Below are positions 49,784 through 60,864 of a stretch of 62,722 nucleotides of DNA, one piece after another. The stretch is from positions 1 to 62,722 of IMG/VR virus record IMGVR_UViG_3300005826_000008. One strand, 5' to 3'. Made by a program: the position numbers and the translations under genes. The first letter of the stretch is position 1; every line of letters starts with the position of its first letter. The notes beneath the pieces are model-generated. The model was not told where the DNA came from and did not search any database. It saw nothing but the letters and a program-made list of their open reading frames with translations. The stretch comes from a virus (Duplodnaviria > Caudoviricetes).

Positions 49784-50386
49784 ATGAAATCGTATCCGAC
49801 AATAACAAAAAATCTTAGAGAAGATATTTATATTTACGCTTTTGACAAATTAGATGGAAATAATATAAGAGCTGAATGGAATAAAAAACAAGGTTTTTAT
49901 AAATTTGGTAGTAGAAATCAGCTCATTGATGAAACAAGTGATCTTGGTGGATCAATATCTCTCATTAAAGAAAAATATGAGGAAGATCTATCAAGAATTT
50001 TTGTTAAACAGAAATGGGCGAGTATTGTTTGCTTCTTCGAATATTATGGACCAAATTCTTTCGCAGGACATCATATTGATAAAGATTTAACAATAACATT
50101 AATTGATGTTAATCCTTATAAAGAAGGCATATTACAACCAGCTAAATTCATTGAATTATTCAAGTACGTTGATACTCCTAAGGTTCTTTTCGAAGGTCAT
50201 ATAACTACAGACTTTGTTGATAAAGTAAAATCTTCAAATATGAAGGGTATGACTTTTGAAGGGTGCGTATGTAAAGGTACCGAGAAAAATAGGATTATCA
50301 TGTTCAAAATAAAATCAAATGCGTGGCTTGAAAAATTAATGGCTTACTGCCAAGGAAATGTTAGCCTTTTTAATAAGCTGGCATGA
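49784..50386 (+). CDS. RNA ligase-like nucleotidyltransferase
   Basis: KLDGNN motif I, FFEYYG, EGCVCK, FKIKS. Confidence 0.65.
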   Translation: MKSYPTITKNLREDIYIYAFDKLDGNNIRAEWNKKQGFYKFGSRNQLIDETSDLGGSISLIKEKYEEDLSRIFVKQKWASIVCFFEYYGPNSFAGHHIDKDLTITLIDVNPYKEGILQPAKFIELFKYVDTPKVLFEGHITTDFVDKVKSSNMKGMTFEGCVCKGTEKNRIIMFKIKSNAWLEKLMAYCQGNVSLFNKLA

Positions 50387-50472
50387 TAAAAAACACAAGG
50401 TTTGATAAAAAACGATAACATCTATGAAATTTATGATATATCTTTTGTAAGGGTTAGGTTACGGAGGAAAAG

Positions 50473-51324
50473 ATGTTAAATCCATACAGTTTAGAAGTTG
50501 TAAGTGCTCATAAATCTTTTAGAAATAAATCATTGCGTAAGTACGCGATTGATGGTGTAGATACGGTTGGAGCCTGGGGAGATGAGCCTTTCGAGATTAA
50601 GTTTAGAAACAACACTAAAAATAAAATTCAGGTTAAAGTTTCTGTTGATGGAACAGATGTTTTAACAGGGAAGCCAGCGGATACAGAAGTATCAAATAAT
50701 ATGTGGGTAGTTCAAGGTCACAGTGATTTGAATTTGAAGGCTTGGCCAGAAACCAAAAATGGCGGAGCACAATTTGTTTTTACTCATGCAGACAAAAGTG
50801 TTGCATTAAATACACACGGAGATATGTCCAGTAAGGGCATTATTGCTGTTGCAGTATACGAAGAGGGTCATAAAAAAGAGCCTGATGTACATCATCATTA
50901 TCACTGGTATTACGATTATTCTTTAGGAGAAACAAATAGTGGATGGAAAGGTAGTTTAAGGACAAAGAGCTTTACTAGAGGTATTAATACGAATGATGTT
51001 AGAGTGAGTAGTTGTAATTCTACTGATAGCTTATCATTCAGTGATGATGCTGCTGTTGGTGCAGGAAGTTTTGTTGATCAAAAAATTACATATGTGACTG
51101 GATTGATAGAGCCAAAACTTTCTGAGATTGTAAAAGTAAGATATGTTTGGTGGGATGATCTCAAGCAAACATTAGAGGCGAGTGGTTATTCTCAGTCTGT
51201 TCCTAGTGGTTTTCCTGGTGATAAAAAGCTTATTGACTTAGATGGTGTTCCTAAAGTAGATACATCTGGTAATCATGTTAAGCATGGTTTCAGAAGGGTT
51301 GAAGAGAGTTTCTCTAGATTCTGA
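50473..51324 (+). CDS. hypothetical protein
   Basis: VSVDGTDVLTGKPA...GIIAVAVYEE. Confidence 0.7.
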   Translation: MLNPYSLEVVSAHKSFRNKSLRKYAIDGVDTVGAWGDEPFEIKFRNNTKNKIQVKVSVDGTDVLTGKPADTEVSNNMWVVQGHSDLNLKAWPETKNGGAQFVFTHADKSVALNTHGDMSSKGIIAVAVYEEGHKKEPDVHHHYHWYYDYSLGETNSGWKGSLRTKSFTRGINTNDVRVSSCNSTDSLSFSDDAAVGAGSFVDQKITYVTGLIEPKLSEIVKVRYVWWDDLKQTLEASGYSQSVPSGFPGDKKLIDLDGVPKVDTSGNHVKHGFRRVEESFSRF

Positions 51325-51389
51325 TTGATTTATAAAAGCTTAAAGGGTGAAATGGCGGCTATGGTCGCCATTTTCATTTTGGTGATAAA

Positions 51390-52403
51390 ATGAGTTATGT
51401 AGAAGGAAATATTCCCGAAAAGATAGTTTATGTATATTCTTCATTGGAGGAAGTCACAATTGGATGCGGTTGGGAGTCTCAACAACAAAAGATAGATGTT
51501 TATCCTTCATTTATAGTTGATGCATCAAAAACAAATACAATGAAGACAGCTGAGACTTGGGCTACTAGGCGTACTCACTACAGTAATGCTAAAAAGGCTA
51601 TAGGTCTAACAAAAGATGAGAAAGATAATAAGCCAATCAAAAATCTTAGACTTATAAGGTTGGATATTAGATCTGAAGGTGGAAGAGCATATAAAGTGGT
51701 GATTGATGGAAAATACTATGCAGATCTTAGAGAAGATGTTTTGGTGGATGTTCTTCTTAGAGAGAAAGTAGATAATGGAATATTAAGCGGAGAGTATATT
51801 TGGGCTAGGCATGGAACTCAGATGAAGTTAGTTAGAGTCGGATCAGATTTGCATTCTGCTCTTATTGCATCTACCAATAGAGATAAACTAGGGAAGATTT
51901 CTAATGATAAATTTGAAGTTGGAGGTGTTTATGCCACCAAAAGAGGTGATACTGCTGTGTTCCTTGGATATGTATCAACTACACGAATATATTTTGATGA
52001 AAACTCTCAAACCGTAAAAAATACAAAAATTAGAAAAGGTATGTTGTTTTATGAGTTTGGATACCATGGAGAAGATATTCCAAAAGAGTTTACAACAACT
52101 GGTACACGATGGCAAAATACTATAGATCGAAGTCCTCTCGATTTTACTATTCGAGTTAACCATGTTTTTAGAGAGAAGATAACTAATATACCAATCAAGT
52201 TTGATGTAATTAAATGGGTAAGAGAAGGTAGCAGGCGAATTATCAAAGAAAGTATTTGCGACCTTAATAAAAAAGGATCAAGAAATACAGTAAGAGATAT
52301 CTATTGCCGCTTTGAACTTACATCAGAGCTATCAAATATGTATGAATTTGGATCAAAACCAATTGATGTTTTTGATATAAAAAAACTCCTCATATTTTTA
52401 TGA
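51390..52403 (+). CDS. hypothetical protein, C-terminal KLLIFL
   Basis: 337-aa ORF. Confidence 0.7.
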   Translation: MSYVEGNIPEKIVYVYSSLEEVTIGCGWESQQQKIDVYPSFIVDASKTNTMKTAETWATRRTHYSNAKKAIGLTKDEKDNKPIKNLRLIRLDIRSEGGRAYKVVIDGKYYADLREDVLVDVLLREKVDNGILSGEYIWARHGTQMKLVRVGSDLHSALIASTNRDKLGKISNDKFEVGGVYATKRGDTAVFLGYVSTTRIYFDENSQTVKNTKIRKGMLFYEFGYHGEDIPKEFTTTGTRWQNTIDRSPLDFTIRVNHVFREKITNIPIKFDVIKWVREGSRRIIKESICDLNKKGSRNTVRDIYCRFELTSELSNMYEFGSKPIDVFDIKKLLIFL

Positions 52404-52407
52404 GGGG

Positions 52408-52435
52408 TTGACGCCCAATTTTAAAAAATTAAGTT
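52408..52435 (+). promoter_or_regulatory. sigma70-like promoter before NAD operon
   Basis: GGGG-TTGACG-N16-TAAGTT. Confidence 0.55.
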
Positions 52436-52530
52436 AAGGTTGTCAGGCGTGGAAACCTGCGGATAATCTGATATAGATTATACAGGAAGCTCTCAGAGAG
52501 AGGGCTATTAATTTAAACACGGAGAGTGTA

Positions 52531-53547
52531 ATGAAAAAGTATGATTATACAATTTTGATTGGCAGATTTCAACCGTTCCACAATGCGCACCATGCGCTTT
52601 TGAAGGAAGCTTTGCGTCTTGGTGAAGAGGTTGTAGTTGTTGTTGGTAGTGCTAGGGTTGCAAGGAGTATTAAGAACCCTTGGTCTGCTGAAGACAGAAT
52701 AAACATGATCAAGTCGACCATGTCACAAGAGGAATTGGACAGAACTTATTTTGTTGAACTTGGTGACTACTTGTATAACGATACAATTTGGGTTACAGAT
52801 CTTCAACAGAAAATTTATAATGTAGCTGGTGATAGTGATAAGGTTGCTATTGTTGGTCATCAATATGATCGCAGTTCATATTACTTAGATCTATTCCCGC
52901 AATGGGACTTTGTTAATGTTCCTCATATGGATGAACACCCTCATGCTACAGAAATTAGAATGATGTACTTTACTGGCAACTATGAATATGCTAAGCATCT
53001 TCCAGTAAATGTTGCAAGCCAATTAGATTTCGAGAGTAGAGGATCTCAATATGATGATTTCCAGAAAGAACTTCAGTATCTATTGAAGTATGCCCAGTCT
53101 TGGGAGAAAGCGCCTTTCCCTCCAACATTTGTGACAGTTGATGCTGTTGTTGTCAAGAGCGGACATGTCTTGGTTGTTAGGAGAAAGGGTTATCCTGGTA
53201 AAGGGCTTATTGCACTCCCTGGTGGCTTCCTTAAGAGCACAGAATTCATTCGTGATGGTGCTGTTAGAGAGCTAAAAGAAGAGACTGGAATCAAAGTTCC
53301 TAAGGCAGAGTTGTTTAATTCAATAATTGATCAAAGAGTCTTTGATCATCCAGAAAGATCATTAAGAGGTAGGACAATTACTCATGCATACCTTATGGAT
53401 CTGAAGTCTGGTCCGTTGCCAAGAGTAAAGGGCGCAGACGATGCAGACAAAGCATGGTGGATGCCATTGAATGAGTTGTTTGCAAGAGAGTCAGAGTTCT
53501 TTGAGGATCACTGGCATATCGTTAATTACTTTGTTAACAGGTTTTGA
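52531..53547 (+). CDS. nadM: bifunctional NMN adenylyltransferase / Nudix ADP-ribose pyrophosphatase
   Basis: IGRFQPFHNAH, NPW, ALPGGF, RELKEETG, RGRTIT, GADDA. Confidence 0.92.
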   Translation: MKKYDYTILIGRFQPFHNAHHALLKEALRLGEEVVVVVGSARVARSIKNPWSAEDRINMIKSTMSQEELDRTYFVELGDYLYNDTIWVTDLQQKIYNVAGDSDKVAIVGHQYDRSSYYLDLFPQWDFVNVPHMDEHPHATEIRMMYFTGNYEYAKHLPVNVASQLDFESRGSQYDDFQKELQYLLKYAQSWEKAPFPPTFVTVDAVVVKSGHVLVVRRKGYPGKGLIALPGGFLKSTEFIRDGAVRELKEETGIKVPKAELFNSIIDQRVFDHPERSLRGRTITHAYLMDLKSGPLPRVKGADDADKAWWMPLNELFARESEFFEDHWHIVNYFVNRF

Positions 53548-53608
53548 TAGTTAGGTTTTAATAAGACTTCTCGGAGAGAGAAGCGGTACAACATACGGAG
53601 AGTATAAA

Positions 53609-54991
53609 ATGGTACGAGAAATGAATTTCATATTAGATACAGATAGCTACAAGGCATCACATTATCTACAATACCCACCAAAAACTACATCTATGTTTTC
53701 ATACGTAGAATCTCGCGGTGGGAAATATCCAGAAACAGTTTTCTTTGGTCTTCAATATTTCCTTAAGGAATATTTAACTCACAGGGTTACTAAGGCTGAA
53801 GTAGAAGAGGCAAAAGAGTTTTTCGAAGCTCATGGTGAGCCATTTAACTATGAAGGTTGGATGTATATTGCCAAAGAGCTAAAGGGGAAACTTCCTGTAA
53901 GGATTAGAGCAGTCCCAGAAGGTTCTGTAATTCCAACCCATAATGTATTGGTAACCATAGAATCAATTGACCCTAAAGCATTTTGGATTGTTTCTTGGTT
54001 AGAAACTGCATTGATGAGATATGTATGGTATCCAACAACTGTAGCAACTAGAAGCTATACAATCAGAAAAATCATTTATGAAGCATTGATGAAGTCATCT
54101 ATTGACCCTGATGTAGAGATTGGGTTTAAACTTCATGATTTTGGTTCTCGTGGAGTTTCAAGCAGAGAGTCTGCTATGATTGGTGGTGCTGCTCATTTGG
54201 TTAATTTCCTTGGAAGTGATACTGTTGCTGGTGTCTACTGTGCCAATAAGTATTACGATTGTAAAATGGCAGGATTTAGCATTCCTGCTGCTGAACACAG
54301 TTCAATTACTTCATGGGGTAAAGATTATGAAGTTGATGCGTACAGAAATATGCTAAAGCAATTTGCAAAGCCTGGTGCATTGGTGGCGGTCGTATCCGAT
54401 TCTTATAATTTGTGGGACGCCTGCTCGAAGCTATGGGGCGAAGAGTTGAAGCAGGAAGTTATAGATTCCGGTGCCACAGTTATTATTCGTCCTGACTCCG
54501 GTCACCCACCAACAGTTGTTCTTGAGACGGCAAGGTTGCTGGAAGAAAAATTTGGAAGCACAATTAATGCTAAAGGATATAAGGTTCTCAATACTGTGCG
54601 CATTATTCAAGGAGACGGTATTAATGAAGATTCAATTAAAGAAATCCTTGATAATTTATTGAATAATGGGTATAGTGCAACGAATATTGCATTTGGAATG
54701 GGCGGAGGATTACTTCAGCAATTGGATAGGGACACATTGCGATTTGCTATGAAGTGTTCTTATATCGTTGTTGATGGAGAAGGTGTTGAGGTGTTTAAGG
54801 ATCCTTACACTGATGCAGGAAAGAAGAGTAAGAAGGGAAGGCTTGATCTTGTAAAGAAGTTTGGAAATTATGAGACAATCAAGTTGAATGGAATTAGTGC
54901 TCATATTCTTTCTGAGATGAGAACTGTATATGAGAATGGTGATATTCTTGTTGAGGATTCTTTTGATCAAATTCGTTCTAGGGTAAAGTGA
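53609..54991 (+). CDS. nadV: nicotinamide phosphoribosyltransferase
   Basis: DTDSYKASHY, LHDFGSRG, IPAAEHS, VSDSY, IRPDSG, IQGDG, FGMGGGLLQ. Confidence 0.94.
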   Translation: MVREMNFILDTDSYKASHYLQYPPKTTSMFSYVESRGGKYPETVFFGLQYFLKEYLTHRVTKAEVEEAKEFFEAHGEPFNYEGWMYIAKELKGKLPVRIRAVPEGSVIPTHNVLVTIESIDPKAFWIVSWLETALMRYVWYPTTVATRSYTIRKIIYEALMKSSIDPDVEIGFKLHDFGSRGVSSRESAMIGGAAHLVNFLGSDTVAGVYCANKYYDCKMAGFSIPAAEHSSITSWGKDYEVDAYRNMLKQFAKPGALVAVVSDSYNLWDACSKLWGEELKQEVIDSGATVIIRPDSGHPPTVVLETARLLEEKFGSTINAKGYKVLNTVRIIQGDGINEDSIKEILDNLLNNGYSATNIAFGMGGGLLQQLDRDTLRFAMKCSYIVVDGEGVEVFKDPYTDAGKKSKKGRLDLVKKFGNYETIKLNGISAHILSEMRTVYENGDILVEDSFDQIRSRVK

Positions 54992-55878
54992 TGGATATTT
55001 TTGGCAAACAAATTCGCATAAGAGATTATGTTTGTTCTCCAACTGGAGGCTTTCATTGTCACAATACTAAAGTGAATTTTTATGTTTGTGCAAGCTCTTT
55101 TTGCCCAGCTAAATGTCCCTTTTGTCCAGGTTTTAAAACGAGAAACAAATTCGACCTTAACAAGTTTAGAGAAGCGTTATCAGAACTACATGGCAAAAGT
55201 GTGATAAATAGAATTGGAATTACTGGTGGAGAGCCACTTACTGATCTAAATAGACTGAATGAGATTTTGATGACTATTAATGATGTTTGTGGTTCTGGCA
55301 CCTATCACATTTCAATTAACACCAATGGAACAAACCTTTCTTCTCTCAGAAAAACTGACTCATTTTCTTTTGTGAATGATGTTCATATTTCAAGGCATTC
55401 AGTAAATGATGCTGAAAATAACAGGATTTTTGGAATAAGAACACCAACAGTATCACAGATTAAAAGAGAGTGTAAATTGTCAAAAGATGTATTTAGTTTA
55501 TCCTGCAATTTAATGAAGGGGTATATTGATTCACCTCAAAGGGTACGAGAGTATTTAGATATGGCAATTGATGTTGGGGCATATCAAGTTGGGTTTGTTT
55601 CATTGATGGAGAAGACAGATATTTGCAAAGAGTTGTTTATTGATTATGAAGATATAACATCTGAATTATATGTAAGGGACGGCTTTTTATTTGAAGATTT
55701 ATCAAAAGATAAAAAATCATGCAAATGTGAGAATTTTCTTTATATGAATGAAAATGGTGAAATTCATTTTTATTTAAGAAGGGTTCTTGGTGGGAAACAA
55801 GATTGCGTAAAGGCTTTTGTTTACAATCAGGACAATAACTTGATTACTAATTTTGGTAAGGATATGGTGTTGCTATGA
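54988..55878 (+). CDS. radical SAM protein
   Basis: CPAKCPFC, ITGGEP, NTNG. Confidence 0.85.
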   Translation: MMDIFGKQIRIRDYVCSPTGGFHCHNTKVNFYVCASSFCPAKCPFCPGFKTRNKFDLNKFREALSELHGKSVINRIGITGGEPLTDLNRLNEILMTINDVCGSGTYHISINTNGTNLSSLRKTDSFSFVNDVHISRHSVNDAENNRIFGIRTPTVSQIKRECKLSKDVFSLSCNLMKGYIDSPQRVREYLDMAIDVGAYQVGFVSLMEKTDICKELFIDYEDITSELYVRDGFLFEDLSKDKKSCKCENFLYMNENGEIHFYLRRVLGGKQDCVKAFVYNQDNNLITNFGKDMVLL

Positions 55879-56480
55879 ATGACATAATGAAGAGATTACT
55901 TGAAAAGATTTCAGTTAAAGATCTTTTTGATGAAGTGAAGGGTGATGATAAGTTGATTTATAATCTGGGAATGACTTATTTCCAGTCCAATAGAAAAGTT
56001 TTCATTAAAACTGTAATTGCGCTTTTTAATGAAATTGTTAATGGGGATGATGAGTCTTTAAAAAAGAAACTTAAAGAATATATTATTGAGATGGATGAGG
56101 ATCTTGAGTTTTCCATAAACAAGAAGAAAAAAGCAAAAGCAGCAACATCCACTAAAAGCAAAATAGATGACGACCCCTGTTCTCGTGGTGGTTTTGGTAG
56201 TAGAATTACTAGGTGTTAAAATGAAAGTCATATCCCAACCAGATTATAAAACATGGCAAAAGCAAGTTAATTGTTATCAATGTGGCTCTGTAATCTGTGG
56301 AGATTATTCAGATCTAAAATATGAATGTATAGAGCGTACATATTGTGATGAGAGAGATTATGACTCTTATAAATACAAAGAAGATCATTATTATTTTGTG
56401 TGCCCGGTGTGTGAGTATAAGATTACTGTTCAAGGGGCACTACCATATCTTCTAAAGAAATTTATATTGGGAGGTAAAAA

Positions 56481-57263
56481 ATGAAAGTCTTAAGATCGAA
56501 AGAGTTTGCTAATGGTGTTGTTTATGCGCTGCAGACTGAAGATGGTTTTCCTGTTGAGGTAACAGACACTTACCTTCCATTCTATACGAAAGATGCAGTT
56601 GGAAGAAAACAGAACTCATTAGATAACATTAATTTTGGAGATCGCTCTGAGAGGTGGATGATTGGTGTATCTTGTATGAGTGGGTGTCCTGTTAGATGTA
56701 AATTTTGTGCGACAGGGCAATTGAAGAAATGGCGCCCTCTTACAGCAGAAGAGATTGTTGCTCAGGTTGAGTTTGTAATTTCTCAGAATAAAGAGAAGTT
56801 TACTGAGGCAAAAGAACACAAGATTAACTATACAAGAATGGGCGAGCCTTTCTTAAATATTGCCGCAGTAAGGAAAGCAATTAGAATTATTAATGAAAAA
56901 TATCCTGGAACACACCATTATGTTTCAACCATTGGTGTAAAAGATGCAAGTTATTCTTGGATTAAGGATAATATTACTTTGCAGATTTCTTTACATTCTC
57001 TTGATGAAGAGAGAAGGAATAATTTAATTCCTTACAAAAAGAAGATGACTATAAATGAACTTGGTAAGATTAGGACAAATTCAAAGTTGAAGACCACATT
57101 AAATCTTACTTTGGTTGATGAGTCAGATTTTGAGATTGAAAATCTTAGCTGGAGATTTGATCCTGATAAGTTTTTCATAAAGTTATCGCCAATTAATGTA
57201 AACCCAATATCCGAGAAGAATGATATGGGTAGTGGGATTGTTAACGGAATAAATATAGCGTGA
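56481..57263 (+). CDS. RlmN/Cfr-like radical SAM methyltransferase lacking its C-terminal catalytic segment
   Basis: VSCMSGCPVRCKFCATG, MGEP, VSTIG, LQISLH. Confidence 0.8.
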   Translation: MKVLRSKEFANGVVYALQTEDGFPVEVTDTYLPFYTKDAVGRKQNSLDNINFGDRSERWMIGVSCMSGCPVRCKFCATGQLKKWRPLTAEEIVAQVEFVISQNKEKFTEAKEHKINYTRMGEPFLNIAAVRKAIRIINEKYPGTHHYVSTIGVKDASYSWIKDNITLQISLHSLDEERRNNLIPYKKKMTINELGKIRTNSKLKTTLNLTLVDESDFEIENLSWRFDPDKFFIKLSPINVNPISEKNDMGSGIVNGINIA

Positions 57264-57270
57264 GGTTATT

Positions 57271-57429
57271 ATGAATAAAGAATTTACAGATAAAGTTAAG
57301 GTTCAGTTAGAAGAATATGGATTTGAGTATGCTATTGCTGTCGCTACATGTGCAGAGATTGAGGCAGGGGCTGCTTGTGGGCAGTTAAGCATTATTACAG
57401 AGGAAGAGGTAAATGAAGAAAAACAATAA
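57271..57429 (+). CDS. 52-aa peptide carrying the RlmN-type AACGQL motif
   Basis: GAGG RBS; MNKEF...EIEAGAACGQLSII; different frame from the upstream gene. Confidence 0.75.
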   Translation: MNKEFTDKVKVQLEEYGFEYAIAVATCAEIEAGAACGQLSIITEEEVNEEKQ

Positions 57430-58670
57430 GCCAATTTGTTGTGAGCTTTTTGGTGAGCCAATTCAATCTGATAAAATTTGTATAGCTGTTAGAGATATTA
57501 ATGGTAGATATATTAATATGTGGGTGAGTAAATCTTTCCTGAAGAAATTGGAAAACTATGTTCACACCACCGGTAGTTATTCACAACCCGTTCAGTTATC
57601 TTTATCAAGAAATAAAGAATAGTATTCTATACAGGTTTTATAGTAAAAAATGGGATACTCAATATTGCACGATATGTTGCAATAAAATGAATGTATCTTA
57701 TATGCTCTTATTTAATGTGAACTTGGTTTCAAAACATTCGGCTCAAGTAGTATTCTCTTGCCCAAATAATTGTAAAAAAATTTATGGTTGGGCTTATAGA
57801 GAAAATGTTACATACAATATGTATACGTACAATATTGAAGAGTTTAAATTGAGCTATTTCACCTATAAAGGTAACGAGCCAAGCTCTATTACTTTGTCTA
57901 TTGGAAATATAAATAGTAAAATTCCATTTTTTGATTTGGAAAAAATGACTAAAGATAGTATAATGAAAAGAATAAATCGATTAATACCATTCATATGAAT
58001 AGGTGGTTAATGAAATTAAATTATATTTATTGATGTCTTAAGGAGAAAAATGTCAGATAAGCTTAAGTTAAGAATGACAATGGACTTTTTTGTCGATTGT
58101 AAAGAAGAAGATATTCCTAAAATTAAAGATAGATTAGAGGATCTTGGATGGTTTATTGTTCAAGAGACTCGTGTAAAAAAAGCCATTGGTGGTTTTGAGG
58201 GCGCTGAAGAAACTGGTTATGAAGTGGCAGTTGTGGAGTTAAATGATGAGTAAGAGGGTAGTTCCGGCTGAAGTTCATATATTCTGCGATAGATGTGGAG
58301 CAGAAAAAGATGGTGAATATTCGAATGAATTCTTTTCAGGAGAGATGCATTTAAAATGTGAGGATCGAGTTACAGGACCTCTTGGTGAAAGTGCTGGTGG
58401 AACTAGTGACTATGATTTATGCGGAGTTTGTATGAGAGAATTTTTAATTTGGATGGGAAATTATGATTTACGTAATAGGTCCTTATGATAAAGCCCCAGT
58501 TGGATCAACAGTGATCAATACCACTTCTAGATCTGATAATTGGACGCGTTCGCTTAGTCCGTTTTTATGTGGACCATGTAAGCTTTATGGTGAATATACT
58601 TCAATAAATGTTGAGAATGGTTGGCAATAATAATTATAGGCATAATCTCATATTGACATAGGAGTTCGAT

Positions 58671-59402
58671 ATGAGAAAAAAATTTCAAGATATAACTGGT
58701 AAAAGATTTGGTAAGATAGTTGTTTTAGATTGTAACTTACCAGAAAGAAAAACATTAATTCGTTGTGATTGTGGTAAAGAAAAAATTGTTAGTCGATATG
58801 ATGTAGCAAATGGTAAGATAAAATCTTGTGGCAAAAAAGGTTGTAGAGATTTAGGAGAAGATTTAACCTCACTAAGGTTTGGTATTTTAACAATTGTTAA
58901 ACGAATTTTTGATAAAGAAGATATGAATGGTAGATGTAAGCAATGGGAATGTTTATGTGATTGTGGGAATACTTGTGTTGTTGGTACATCTGATTTATTA
59001 AGATCTCATACAAAAAGTTGTGGGTGTATTAAATCGGAAAATATTTCTAAAGCAAATTCTTTACCAATAAAAGATGTAGCAGAAAAACAATTATTTACAA
59101 GTTATAAAAGAAGCGCTGTAAAAAGAAATTTAGAATGGAAGTTGTCCAAAAATGAGTTTGTTTCTTTTTTGCAGCAAGAATGTTTTTATTGCGGGTCACC
59201 TCCAATAGGAACTATTATAAAAAACAAAGTTATTGGTAATGAAGAATATCATTTCAATGGTATTGATAGAGTAGATAATTCTATTGGTTATATTACTGAT
59301 AATTGTGTAGCCTGCTGTAAACATTGTAATCATGCTAAAAAAGCTCTTAGCAAAGAAGAGTTTATTTCTTTAGCTAAGAAGATTGCAAGAAGATTTGTTT
59401 GA
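58671..59402 (+). CDS. HNH homing endonuclease
   Basis: CDCG/KSCG repeats; CFYCG...NGIDRVDNSIGY...CCKHCNHAK. Confidence 0.85.
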   Translation: MRKKFQDITGKRFGKIVVLDCNLPERKTLIRCDCGKEKIVSRYDVANGKIKSCGKKGCRDLGEDLTSLRFGILTIVKRIFDKEDMNGRCKQWECLCDCGNTCVVGTSDLLRSHTKSCGCIKSENISKANSLPIKDVAEKQLFTSYKRSAVKRNLEWKLSKNEFVSFLQQECFYCGSPPIGTIIKNKVIGNEEYHFNGIDRVDNSIGYITDNCVACCKHCNHAKKALSKEEFISLAKKIARRFV

Positions 59403-59891
59403 TGGTTATGATTGGAGATAATTATGATTTATAAGATGAATTCATGGGTTGAAGGCGCGTGCCCTACTGGAGATAAAGTATATATTTCTAATTTATATTT
59501 AGGAAATAAATTGATTGGAATTTTTGATATAATGACTTTAAAAGGTTGTCAAAATAAATACTTTGCCATTTATAAAAATTATTCAAAATCTGTTCCAACT
59601 GTACTTGAGAATTTTTTTGTTGTTAATTTTTGCACTTTTAGTAAAGATAAGGTTGCATTAAAATTAGGAAGACAATTTCTTGATCGTTCCGTTCCTTATT
59701 ATGATGCATTAGAAACTCCTGTAATTAATATTAAATCGCAAGAGTTTATTGAACGTGCAAAAGAGGCAAACATGTGTGAGACTTTAGAGGATGCTAAAAA
59801 TTTAGCTGATGCTATTTTTAATAAGATAGTGTTAGAAATATGACAATGGGACATGCATTTGTTATAGCTATGTTGTTAGATGGAGTATTAG

Positions 59892-60398
59892 ATGGATAAG
59901 ATAATAGATAATTTGTTTCTTGGTAATGTTATGGATGCCCAAACTGCACTATCTAATGGAAGTATGGCAGTATTATCAATTGGAGCAGAATTTACAGATA
60001 ATGAAGAGGGTGTAACAATTCCATTAGATAATTCATCTGTAGTTAATCATAAAATATTAAAACTTTGGGATGGTAATCAAGGAACAATAGATTATTCTTT
60101 TTTGGTGGAAGTTTTTGAATTTATTGATACCAATAAGCCAGTGTTAGTTCATTGTATGGCTGGTCACAGCAGATCGCCATCAGTTGTTTGGGCTTACTTG
60201 CTATATTTGGATTATGATCCTGTTGATGCGTATGTTTTGTTGAAACAAAAACGTCCAGAGATCTATCCTTACATTGGATTTCTTGAAGAAATATTAATGG
60301 CTTTTGATTATTCAGAGCCAGATATAGATGATATTCTTACTAAGATAATGAAGATTCAAAAAGTATACAAGGGTTGTCAGAATGAAAAAGAAAGTTAA
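59892..60398 (+). CDS. dual-specificity phosphatase
   Basis: VLVHCMAGHSRS. Confidence 0.88.
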   Translation: MDKIIDNLFLGNVMDAQTALSNGSMAVLSIGAEFTDNEEGVTIPLDNSSVVNHKILKLWDGNQGTIDYSFLVEVFEFIDTNKPVLVHCMAGHSRSPSVVWAYLLYLDYDPVDAYVLLKQKRPEIYPYIGFLEEILMAFDYSEPDIDDILTKIMKIQKVYKGCQNEKES

Positions 60399-60864
60399 AA
60401 AACCAAAGTTAACCGCCCCAAAAGAACCAAAGAAACCTCGTAAGCCCCAGAAACCAGAAGAGCCTAAAGAGATGATTGTATCTTCTGGTACTATTAGTAT
60501 TTACGATGGAATGTCTTTGCAAGAAATTATAGACTCTGTGCCAGAAAATGTAGACATGAGCAAGACAGAGCTTACACTTGAGTTAGATTATATGGGTTGT
60601 CATTACAACCCAGGTATTGAAGGTCACTTTACATATACCGGTGGATTGATGAAAAATCCACATTATAATAGACAGCTTATTACTTATAATAAGAAAATGA
60701 AGGCTTATGAGAAGAATCTTGCAGAATATAAAGCGGCTATGAAAGAGTACGAGAAAGATTTAGAGCAGTATAAAAAAGAGAAAGAAATTTTTGACAAAGT
60801 TCTTGCGCAGTGTGAAATTGAAAGGTTGGAAGCTGAATTATCTATATTAAGAGGGATGTGTTAA
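60382..60864 (+). CDS. hypothetical protein (PKKP repeats, coiled coil)
   Basis: 160-aa ORF. Confidence 0.65.
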   Translation: MKKKVKKPKLTAPKEPKKPRKPQKPEEPKEMIVSSGTISIYDGMSLQEIIDSVPENVDMSKTELTLELDYMGCHYNPGIEGHFTYTGGLMKNPHYNRQLITYNKKMKAYEKNLAEYKAAMKEYEKDLEQYKKEKEIFDKVLAQCEIERLEAELSILRGMC

